Shown here one piece after another: positions 26,401 to 38,400 of a stretch of 64,000 nt of DNA; the stretch's first letter is position 1, and every line of letters starts with the position of its first letter. The stretch comes from an uncultured bacterium (GTDB lineage: Bacteria > Verrucomicrobiota > Verrucomicrobiia > Verrucomicrobiales > DEV007): assembly GCA_963977015.1 (NCBI GenBank), contig CAXBMO010000014.1:111784-175783 (forward strand). The letters run 5' to 3'. The notes below the pieces were generated by a model, which was given only the letters and a program-made list of their open reading frames with translations, made no database searches and was not told the DNA's origin. Made by a program: the position numbers and the translations under genes.

Positions 26401-29400
26401 GACGAGGACATCACCGTTTCCAACATCGCCACGACCTCGACGATCACAGCTACCTCGACGAGCGGTGCGATTCTCGACGCCGGCGATTCCGGCACAGACC
26501 TGGTGGCCAGCGCTCTGGTGGCGAGGTCCGCCACCGGGGTGGGTACTGCGGCCAATAGTCTGGATGTCTCACTGAACAACCTGGAGGCTGATGGTGGAAG
26601 CGGTGGGGTTTTCTTGTCCAATACCGGCGATCTGGTGCTGGGCGACGCAGGCGCGGGGCTGGGAATTATTACGGATGGAACGGTAACCATTGAAACCACG
26701 AACGATCTCACTTTGGCGGCCAATAGCGTGGTTAGCGGAAGTCGCGTCAGTTTGTTGGCAGACAACGACGTGAACTTCCTGTCCGGTTCTCAAATTTTCG
26801 GCCCGACACAGGTGACGATCTTGCAGGAGACCTTCGATACGTTTAGCGAAGGAAGCGAGACTCCCGGCGCGACCAATATCCTGCTGGGCAATGGTTGGAC
26901 GAACGTCCAGGGAACGGACCAGATCGACTGGTCGCCGGACGCGGGAGGAACGCCAAGTGGAAACACCGGTCCATCGGCGGATCACACTACCGGCAATGCG
27001 ACTGGGAGATTCCTCTACACTGAAACTTCCGATCCGGTGCAAACCGGCGACACGGCGATTCTGCTTTCGCCGGTCCAGGATCTGAGCGGGTTGGAGAGTG
27101 CCAGCCTGGAGTTCTACTACCACATGTGGGGCGACCATATGGGAACGCTGGAGGTTTCCGCCAGCACGGACGGCGGGGCCACGTTTTCCGCGCCATTGTT
27201 TTCGACGACTGATGACCTGAACGCGTGGCAGAAGGCCACCGTCGACCTGACGCCCTTTGTGGGCAGCGCGAATTTTGTGCTGCGGGTGGACGGGATCGCC
27301 GGCGCGGTCAGCCCTTCCGGATCTGCTGGCTACCAGAGCGACATGGCGATCGACGACTTCACGATCACCGGAGTGCCTGCCATTGACGTCACGGTGACTG
27401 CAGATGCGGACGGCGACGCCAACGGTTCGGGCGGCGCGATCGATATGGCCGACGGCTCCTCGATTGTCATCGTGGCCGGATCGGTCGCCTTGAATGCTGA
27501 TGGAAATGTCACCGTAAACAGCATTGCAACTACGGGCGACGTCACCATCACGTCCGGGAACGGAGAAATCCGGGATCGCGGTCAAACTCCGGACATCACC
27601 GGCGGAACGGTAACGTTCAACGGCAACGTGACCCCCGGCCTGTCAGCCTTGGGCAATCTTGAGGTCGCAGGAGATCTCGACTTGGCCAGCGACGACGTGC
27701 TCAGCCTGGAGTTGAACGGAACCACGGCAGGCACGGAACACGACCAGGTGGTGGTGACGGGAGCCGTCAGCCTGGGCGATGCCTTGCTCGACCTGAACTT
27801 CGGGTTCGTCCCGACGACCGGCGCAACGTTCACCATTGTCGACAACGACGGAACCGATGCTGTAACCGGTATCTTCCAGACTACCGATGACGATCGCGGT
27901 CAGGTTGATCTTCCTGAGGGAAGTGCCTTCACCCGTGGTGGCCAGGTCTACACGATCACCTACCAGGGCGGGACGGGGAACGATGTGGTGCTGACTACGT
28001 TTGGGGAGGCGGAAACGGAGGTTCGGATCGACGGGAGCGGCAACCTCGTGATCGACGACATCAACAACGAATCAGCCGACCAGATCGACATTTCGGTTCA
28101 GAACGTGGGAGGTACGGATTACTTTGTGATTCGCGACGTCAACGCCACACCCGTGACTTTGACGACGCCAATCGGGGCCGGGGACGCCAACCGGGTCAGC
28201 GCCAGCGAAATCCATGTTCGGGTTGGTGCCGTGACCGGCGGTTTGGAAGTCAATACAGCCAATCCGACCCGCGCAGGTGCCGTCGATGTAATTACCGTCA
28301 ACCTCAGCGGGTTGCCGGGCAGCCTGAATGGCGACGTCACCCTGAACGCGGAGACAATCGAGGTGAACTCGGACATCGACAACACGGGAATGCAGATCTT
28401 CAATGGAGCAGTGTTCCTGGGTGCGGATGTAACCTTGACTGCGACGGGCGACATCGACTTCAAGAGCACCGTCGACTCCGACGCCAGCGCCCGCAGCCTG
28501 ACCACCAGCGTGGGCGGCACTCTGACTTTCCGCAACCACGTCGGCGCAAATTCGCAACTCAGCGCGCTGGATACCGGCACGACTGGCACGACCCACATCA
28601 TCGGGAGCACCATTCTCGACAACTTGGCGACCGGCGACGGGCTAATCTTTAACTTCGACGCCTCCTTCGATCCCAACACCGGGGACAACCTCGTTCCGGA
28701 TCTGGCGGGGGCCATTGGGAACTCCGGCGCGACGGTGAGCGGGCAGCCGTTCTTTCTTCTCATCGACGACAATCCAGCGGTTGGCTTTGCGAGCAACCCA
28801 TCCGCCGGGTTCGCCGGGATTACCGGAGCCTACGTATTGCCCGGAGCAACCGGGGACACGGCGGACAACCAGCGCGGCGAAGCGGGATTGGAATTGCAAA
28901 CCGGCGGAGTCGATGAGGCACCGCAGGATGTCGATAACGGAGCGCTGGGCGTTTCTGATGTGGACGCCAGCGACGCGACCTTTGAATTCTGGATCAAGCC
29001 CACCGATTTGACCGGCAACGAAGTCATCTGGGAAACCGGTGGTGGCACGGGAACGGGATTCGCTTTGGAGGACAACCTGTTGGCCTTCCAGGTTATCGGT
29101 GGCAGCAACAATGCCCGGGTAGCCTACGACCTCAGCGGAGATCCCAACGGAATCTTCGGCGTCGGCGCGGCGACCGACGATTTCATCCAGGTGATCGGAA
29201 CGATCGACGTGTCCGCGAATTCGATCGAATTGTTCGTCAACGGAACCTCAGTCGGGAGTGCGGTGAAGCCCTCGGCATTTACAGATTGGGATGGCGGCGA
29301 TCCGTCCGGACTCGGCACCGTCGGCGGCGCCAATATGGGCGGCTACGGCGGCGGTTCCCAGAACTTCCGGCCTTTCGATGGCCAAATCGCGGCTTTCCGG

Positions 29401-32400
29401 CTTTACAGTGGGGTTCTTACCAGCGGAGTCGGCGGCCAGATCGAGAACAATTTCAACGTGGTCCAGCAAGGTGGTCAGACCGAGATTTCGCTGAGGACGA
29501 CGGGCGACCAGACCTTTGGCAATACCCTGTCGCTTGGAATCGCCACGGTGGTGGAAGGTAACAACGTGACCTTCGATGGAACGATTGACGCCGATCCGGC
29601 TTCCGCGGCGCTTGGCGCACTCACTGTGAACACGACCGGCGGTGGAGTGACCGATTTCAACGGCGTGGTTGGCGGCACGACCGCGCTCGGCGGTCTGACG
29701 ACCAACGCGGACGGAACCACCACGCTCGACACCAATTCGGTCATCGCTTCCGGCGCGATCAGCTTGAACGACGACACTACCGCGAGTGGGGACATCGCCA
29801 TCGACGGCGCGGTGGTCACCTTCGGCGCGACCAGCACGTTCAATGGAGCGGCGACGGTATCGTCTTCGGGCAACGTCACCTTCGACGGCGTCACTACGTT
29901 TAACGACGCGGGAACGGTGGATGCGGGCAACGCCACCTTTAACGCGGCAGCGAACTTCCTCGGCGGGGTTGCCGACGTTAATGCGAGCGGAAACGCAGAT
30001 TTCAACGACACGCTGACCTTTGGCGACACGGCCACGATCGATGCGGGCAGCGACGCCACGTTTGACGGCGTGGTGACCTTGGGCGGCACCACTACGGTGA
30101 CGGCGACCAATATCAGCGTCGCCACGGCCGCGACGATCGACTCTGATCTCGGCAACAATCACGATCTGACGCTGAACGCTTCCGGAACCACGGATTTGGA
30201 CAGCGAAATCGGCGGAATCCAGGCGCTGGGATCGCTGACAACGGATCGTTCCGGCCAAACCCAGCTCGACGCGAATGTGACCGTGGTCGGAGCGGGCGGA
30301 ATCACCTTCGGCGACAGCTTGGTGCTGACCAATGACGTGGTTCTGAATTCGAGCGATGTCGGTGGCGATGTGATATTTGTCTCCACCGTGGACGGCGCAT
30401 TTGCATTGGCGGTGAACACACCGGGTAGCGCCGCTACCTTCTTCCAGGCCGATGTCGGTGGCTCCACGGCCCTGACCTCGCTCACGACCGACGGCAATGG
30501 TATTGCCAAGCTCGGTGGATTGTCTCCGGTGCCAAGTGGCACCTTGCTGCTGAACTACGACGCGGACAGCGAGACCGTCCTGACCGGTCAAACTTGGGAG
30601 AGCACGCCGGATGTTTCGGGGCAGGAATGGAACTTTGGCGGAGCATTCGGCACGGGAGTGACTTTGGTGGTGTCTAACAGCGCACACACCGGCATCCTCA
30701 ACGCCTACCATTTTGACGGCAGCGCGGGGGTCACCAACCCGGGTCTCGACGATCTGCCGACCGACCCAACGACTGCGGACGCAACCTTCGAGTTCTGGTT
30801 CCGTCCCGAAGCGGGGACCGATATCGACATGATTTACGAAACCGGCGGCGGAGGCGACGGCATGTCGATCGTCTACGACGGCAACACCAACGAGGTGATT
30901 GTGACGATCGACGACGGCAACGTGCAGCAGCAGGTCCGCGGTGGGTCTGCGCTTATCACCAACACCGAGTTCCACCAGATTGCGGCGGTTTACAATCGGG
31001 ACGGCCTGGGCGGCGGCGTCGATCTGTTGCAACTCTACATCGACGGGCAACTGGTCGATGATACCGACCCGTCCAATCTCTTCGACGCGACGTCAGTGAC
31101 GGCGACGACTGGCGCGGCGGGAACGGACGAGATCACCCTGAATTCGACCACGACTTCGGCCCAGATCACGGTGGAATACGTGGATGGAGGCGCTGGCGCC
31201 ACGTTGGCGGTCGCCGAATCCAACAACACCGTCACCGTGACCTTTGAAGCCGGCGTGACCACGGCGGATCAAGTCGTGGCGTTGATCAATGCCGAGAACG
31301 GCGGATCGGGTGTGGCCTTGACGGCGGGAGGATTCCTCACGGCATCGGGTGTCGACACCGGATTTCTTGCGGCCCAGGCCGGAGTGGCGTTGCGCGACCC
31401 GGTCGACACGGCTCAAACGACCACAGGACTTGATGACTGGGCAGGTACGGACGACGCTTCACTAGCGCTGGGCGGAGCAAACGTGGCCGACGCCACGCCC
31501 GCGAACACCAACTTTGAAGGCGATATCGCCAAATTCCGCTTCTACGGCAACGCGATCGGCGCGGCGGGGATTCAGGCAAACTACGTAGCGGTGACTGCCA
31601 ACACCATGGACGTCATCACGACCGGCGACCAGCTTTACGGCGGGGCGGTCCAGTTGCAGAACCACACGGTCCTGACCGGCAACAACGTGACCTTGAGCGG
31701 CACGGTGGATTCCTGCGACGCGGATCATGATCTGGACTTGACGGTGAACACGACCGGCGGCGGGGTGACCACGTTTGGTGGCGATGTCGGCGGAAACTTC
31801 GAGCTGGGCAACCTGACCACCAACGCCGACGGCCACACCGTGGTTGCGGCGAACATCACGGCCAACGGCGCCAGCGGTGGCGATATCCGCTTCGGCGATG
31901 CGGTTCTGCTAGGCGCGGACACGACTATGACCCAGAACGGAGACACGACGTCCCGGGTGCTTTTCCTAAGCACCGTCGATGCGGTGGACGGCGTTTCGGC
32001 GAATCTCACCGTCAATACGCCCAACGGAGCCGTGACGCAATTTGGCGGAAATGTCGGCTCGGACGCATTGGGCGCGCTTTCGAACGATTCGGGCTTGGCG
32101 AGCATCACGACAGACGCGGCCGGGACCACGCTTTTTGAAGTGGGCGGAGCGATCAAGAACGGGGCTACTTTCAACTACGATGCCGCGGCCGTTTCGAACG
32201 ACGGTTCTCCGGCCGTCTGGGAAAGCGGAGGTGACCCCGCCTACAACGCGACGATTTCCAATTTGGGAACGGACGTGACTCTCGAAGATGTTTCCGGATC
32301 CACCGCGAGACCCGGTATCACCCATGCTTATCGATTCAACGATAATGGCGTCACCACGAACGGAACCGGCGCCACGCTGTTGGATTTGGATCCGTTCAGC

Positions 32401-35400
32401 ACAGCGGATGCGACGTTCGAATTCTGGCTCCGGCCCAACAATACCGGGGACGCAACTCAGGTCATTTACGAGACTGGAGGTACGACGGACGGCTCCGGCT
32501 TCTGGTATGAAACGGCCACCAGTACCCTGAACTGGACGGTCGACGACTTGAGCACCCAGCGGACCGTTTCAGCCGTCATTTCCACTACGGAATTCAGCCA
32601 AATTGTCGGCGTTTACAAGCTTGACGCGGCGGGGAACAACGACCACCTCGAACTCTACGTGAACGGTCAGTTGGTGGACACCAGCACCGACGCCACCGCG
32701 CTCAATGATTTCTCGGGAACGGACGATGCATCGTTGGGAACGGTGAACGGTGCCGTGGGCGAGGGCGTCGCGACCGGACAGTTCAACGGCGACATCGCGG
32801 TATTCCGTTTCTACGAGAGCGCGATGAGCGCGAACGAAGTGATTGGCAATTTTGTGGCCCTGGCGGGAGCGGAGGCCGTAAGTGGCACCACCATCACTGT
32901 AGCGACCAGCGGCAACCAGACTTACAATGACAACGTCGTGGTTGGAGCGGACGTGACGCTTTCGGCGCAAGACGTGACCACAGTTCAGACCGTGGATCTG
33001 CAGTCGAACGAGTTGACGGTAGCGGTCACTGGAACCGGCGGCCAAGCGACCGGGGACATCACCGGTAGCGGAAACCTGATCATGGACGGGAGCGGCACTT
33101 TCACTCTGGCCAATGCGACTGGAAACACCTACACCGGCGAGACGACAATTCGCGAAGGTACCCTTGTAGCGACGCATGACGATTCGCTCGGCACTACCGA
33201 CGCCGGGAACCTGACCATTGAGAGCGGCGGAACGCTGGGATTGACCGGTGGAATCACGATTCCGGCTCACGAGACGATCACGCTCGTGTTCGACGGCACC
33301 GGCGACGCCACCATCGAAAATATCAGCGGCGACAATTTCGTGGAAGCGCCGATCAACGTGCAACTCGGGGTCCTGGGCGATTTGCAACTGCTCTCCTCGG
33401 ATGGCGCCGGCACCCTGACCATCAACGGCGACATCGAGCTGCAACAAGCCGGAATTCTGGCCGATGGCGACGGCGACACCATTCTGAACGGCAATGTGGC
33501 CTCGACCGTGACGGAATTCGCGAATTTGGGCGAGGTGGGCCAAGTACTGAACGTGGGAGGCACTCCGCAGACATTGACGTTTGCCGGAACTTACGTGAAC
33601 CCGGTCATCGTCGCATTGGCCGAGCAAGGCAGCGCCACGAACCTGACTGTCGATCCAAATGCCGTGGAAGTGCGCATTTTCAATGTAGACGCGATCGCGG
33701 GAACCTTCCAGATCCAACTCGACGTTCCTCCGGGTGCGAACAACGCCAACCCGCCCGCATTGGAAACGGTGAATTACCTCGTGGTCGAAGCCGGCACTTA
33801 CACTCTGGACGACGGGACGGTCATCCAGGCCGGCACGGTCGATGCTTCGCCTTCGGCGGATGAATCAGTTAGCTTCGGCGCGGGCGTGTTCGGGACTACG
33901 CCGATCGCGATGACGCAGTTGATGAGCCAGAACGATGCGAGTTTCGTCAAACCGAGGCACCGAGCTGGGATCGACGCGAACGGGTTTGCCTTCTTCCTCG
34001 AAGAAGCCGAGGGCCAGGCGCAACATCCCACCAGCGAAACCGTGGGTTACATCGCCATCACTCCGACGGCGGCCGCAGGGTCCACCACGGGAGCCGGATT
34101 GCTCTTCGAAGCCGGCACCACGCCGAATGCGGTGACTCATGCGCAATTTAGCGTGACGCTGCAGAACACCTACGGAGCTCCGCCGATTTTCATTGGCGAC
34201 CAGCAGACGATTGACGGCGTCGATCCTTCCGGGGTGCGTTTCCGCTACAATGGCAACGGAGTCCAAGTTTTCACCGACGAGGACCGCTCCAGCGACACCG
34301 AGACCAGTCATGCTGACGAGGTCGTCGGATTTGTCGCCTTCGCCAACACCGGCCTGCTACAAAGCACCAACGAGCGGGACAATCAGCTCACGAAAAACGG
34401 CACGGGCAACCTGATCATCAACGGCACCGCCGACTTCCAGGACGGCACGCTGCACAACGTCGGCACCCTGACGGTGGACGGAACTTTGTCCGGTGACACC
34501 GTCAATATCGCCAGCCTCGCAACTCTGACGGGCGGCGGCACGGTGGACGCGCCGGTCTTCAGCGACGATGCCGATTCCAACATCGTGGCCAGCGGCAACT
34601 TGACGCTCGGTGACGGCTCAGCCGATGGATTCGACTTCGGCGGCGTCCTGACCGTTGGCGGAAACACGGTAACCATCGTGGATAGCGACGATGGCCTGCT
34701 GGGTCGGAGCACGACGATCGACGGCGGCACGTTGACGGCGGCCAACGGCCTGGCGATGAGCACGGACGACGTGCTTTCCGGTCAGGGCACGGTGGATTCG
34801 ACCCTCGACTTGAACGAAGGCACGGTGACGCCCGGCGATACCGGAGACATCACCAACACCCTCAACATTCGCGATATCGACCTAGGCACCGGCGAATTCG
34901 TCGTCGATATCGACACGGACGCCGTGGGCGAGCACGACTTGCTCGACATCACCGGCACGGTTAATCCCAATGGGGCTACTCTCACGGTTCAGGACTTGGG
35001 CAACGTGGCGTTGGGAACCCAGATTCTAGTCATCAACAACGATGGCATGGATCCCGTGACCGGGACTTTTGCCGGATTGCCCGAAGGAACGACGTTTACA
35101 GCTCCCACCGGCCAGGATTTCACGATCAGCTATGTCGGTGGGGACGGCAACGATGTGGTGCTCTATCGCGGCGCGGCTGAAACCAGTGTCAGTTTCAACA
35201 GCGCAACTGGCGAACTCACGATCTCCGACATCACCAACGATTCGACCGATACTCTGGAAGTTACCTTCGACGCCTTGGCCCAGACCTACACGATCCGGGA
35301 AACGGCGGACACCAGCCTGGTGATCGGCACGACGGGCCTCAGCGGCGCGCAGCTAAGCCGTCCCGACGCCAACACGGTTGTGATCAACGCTAACCCGGGA

Positions 35401-38400
35401 AATAACGGGGTCGCGGTTCAGTCTCTCACGGTAAAAACGACCGGACCTGACACGACGACCATTGGCGTTGAAGACGACGATATCGTGACGCTGCTAACAC
35501 CGAACGGTCCGTTGAGCCTGACGGGCGATGTTGCCATCACAGCAGATGACGTCGTCTTCGCGGCCAACGCGCAGATTGACCAAAGCGCGGGTTCTGGCGC
35601 GGTGACCGTAACGGCGGACCGCTCGATCACGATGAACGCGGGTGCCGCCATCACCACGGCGGACGGCGCGATCGCCCTGACGGCAGCCGGCAATGGCTCA
35701 GGCAATTTCGTCGGCATCGACTTGACTGACACAACGATCACGACGGCGGACGGCGCGATTTCGCTCGATGGCACGGGTAGCGGCGTCAACAACAACCGCC
35801 ACGGGGTTTTCCTTGCCGGAACCACCGCGATCGAGGCGACGGACAGCGGAACGATTGACATCACCGGTCAAGGCGGCGGCGATCGCACTTCCAACCGTGG
35901 CATCTTGGTTGAGGCAGGCTCCTCCGTCGAAGTCGTCAACGGAGACCTTACGATGATCGGGACTGGCGGGCCGGGCGGAGACCCGGTGCCCAACAACAAC
36001 AATCGCGGGATCGAAGTGAACGGCCGCGTCGCGACATCGGGAACCGGAAACATCAGCCTCACCGGTCAAGGCGGTGGCGCGAGCACCGGGGACGCGGCCA
36101 ACAACAACCAAGGGGTCGACCTTTCCGGCGCCGGAGCGCTCATCACCTCGACTGGCGCGGGCAACATCTCCGTCATCGGGATTGGCGGCGGCTCAGCAGC
36201 TGCCGACGGCGAGACCAACGAAGGGATTCGCATCACCACCGCCGGAGCGGCGATTTCTTCGACCGGCACGGGCACGATCACGCTGAGCGGCACGGCTGGA
36301 GGCGGGCGGGAGAACAACCGCGGAATCTTGATCAACGACGGCACCAGCGTGACTTCGGTGACGGGCGCGATCGACATCACCGGGATCGGCGGCGGCGGAT
36401 TCGCAGATTCGGACAGCAACGACGGGGTGCAGGTGGATGGCGTCATTCAGTCGACGGGCTCGGCCACGATCGACATCGAGGGCACGGGTGGCATTTCGGC
36501 CAACCATGACGACTTCAACTTCGGGATTTCGCTGGGAAGCGCCACCGCGCTGATCACTTCCTTGAATGGCAATATCAACCTGATGGGAACCGGCGGCGGA
36601 ACGCTCACTGCAGCTTCGGCCAACAACGACGGCATCCGGATCGACACGGCCGGGGCGACAATCAGTTCGACCGGCACCGCCACGATCACCCTGACCGGCG
36701 GTGGAGGGAACGCGGACGACAGTAACCGCGGCATCCGTCTTCTCGAAGGCACGGTGGTGACCAGCGCGACTGGCGACATCACCCTTACCGGAACCGGGGG
36801 AGGCACGGGGGTTCTGGACAACAGCAACCGCAACATCGGGATCGAAGCGGACGGAACGATCTCCTCCACCGGCACAAATGCCGCCACTGCGGCGACGGTG
36901 ACCTTGATCGGCTTTGGCGGTGGCGGTGGAGGCAACAACAACGACAACAACACCGGTGTCGAAATTTCCAGCGCCACGGGGACGGTTACATCCGTGGCCG
37001 GGAATATTTCGGTTACGGGAACCGGCGGCGGAAACGGCGGGAGCAACGGTGGTCAAAATGACGGCGTTCGTATTTCGGAAGGTGGAAGTGTGCTCTCGAC
37101 GGGCACGCTTACCAACGCCGCCAGCATCACGATTACCGGGACAGCCGGCGCCAACGGCGGGGACGATCCGGACGACGACGAGGGTGTCATCATCATGGAT
37201 GCCGACTCCCGGATATCCTCCATCGACGGTAACGTCACGATCGACGGCACGGGTGAGGACGGCGTCGAACTGGCTGCTGGTGTTACCGCGCCGCTCAGCG
37301 TCACGGGCGCGGGCAACATCGATATCTGCGGGCATTCCACGGCGCCGAATCTGGCGGCGGGCCAAGTCGGCGTTCAGATCGACTCGCCAATCCTCAGCGG
37401 CACGGGAACGGTGACCATCGCTTCGGACGATCATGTTACGTTTGGCGCGGATGGTGATGTGACCTCCACCAGCGAGACGGTGACCATCCAGGCCGACAAG
37501 GCGGGTGCAACCAACGGCGGTCAAGTCTTCATGGCTGATGATTCGTTGATCGATGCCGGAGCGGGCGCGATTGACGTGGATGCGGACGGCCATATCACTT
37601 TGGGCGGGCTGCAGACGACATCCTCCGTGACGGTTGATTCCGCAAGTGGCTCAATTCTGGATGGCGGCGACACCCATGATCCGGACATCATTGCAGCGAC
37701 GGCGGTATTGAGCGCCGCGATAGACGTGGGAACCTTGGCCAATCCGCTGGAAACGCAGCTTTCCAACCTGGAAGGGACGGCGAGCACGGGCGATTTCTCT
37801 ATCAACAACACGGGCGCGCTGGAATTAGGCGGGGCGAGTGGCTCGGCCAGTGGTGTTTCCGCGGGAGGTGACCTCCAGATCGTCAACGACCTGGGAATCA
37901 CCGATTCGGAAACTGTGACCGTGGGCGGAGAGGCGCAATTCACCACGACCCAGAACGGCAGCGATCTGAACCTGAATCAACTGGCGGTGACCGGTTTGAT
38001 CGGGCTGAGTACGACCGGTGCCGACAGCGACGCAACGATCGTGAACGCAACGGTGATCGACTTTAAGGCGACCAACGTTGGCGGCAACCTGGCGGCGACG
38101 GCCACCACTGGCGGTATTGGGCAAAGTGCCGGTTTGGATGTGGACGGAACCACGGCTCTGGCGGTGGGAACCGACAACATCGATCTGAGCAACGTCGGCA
38201 ACGACTTCACGGGCGCGGTTTCGATCGTGAGCGCTCAAGACGTGACCCTGGTCGATGCCAACGGAATTGATCTGGGCGCCTCCACGATTTCCGGAAACCT
38301 GGACGTCACCTCCTCCTCCGGAGACATCACTGACAGCGGAACGGTTTCGATCTCGGGAACGGCTGATTTGACCACGAGCAACGGCAACATCATCACCGAT

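Noticed and set aside
29248-31050. Long antisense ORFs over the giant gene (600 aa here; also 5509-6690, 23482-24675, 36193-37593, 37825-39147)
   Set aside because: Shadow frames produced by GC-rich, biased codon usage; Arg/Val/Asp-rich translations with no domain motifs.
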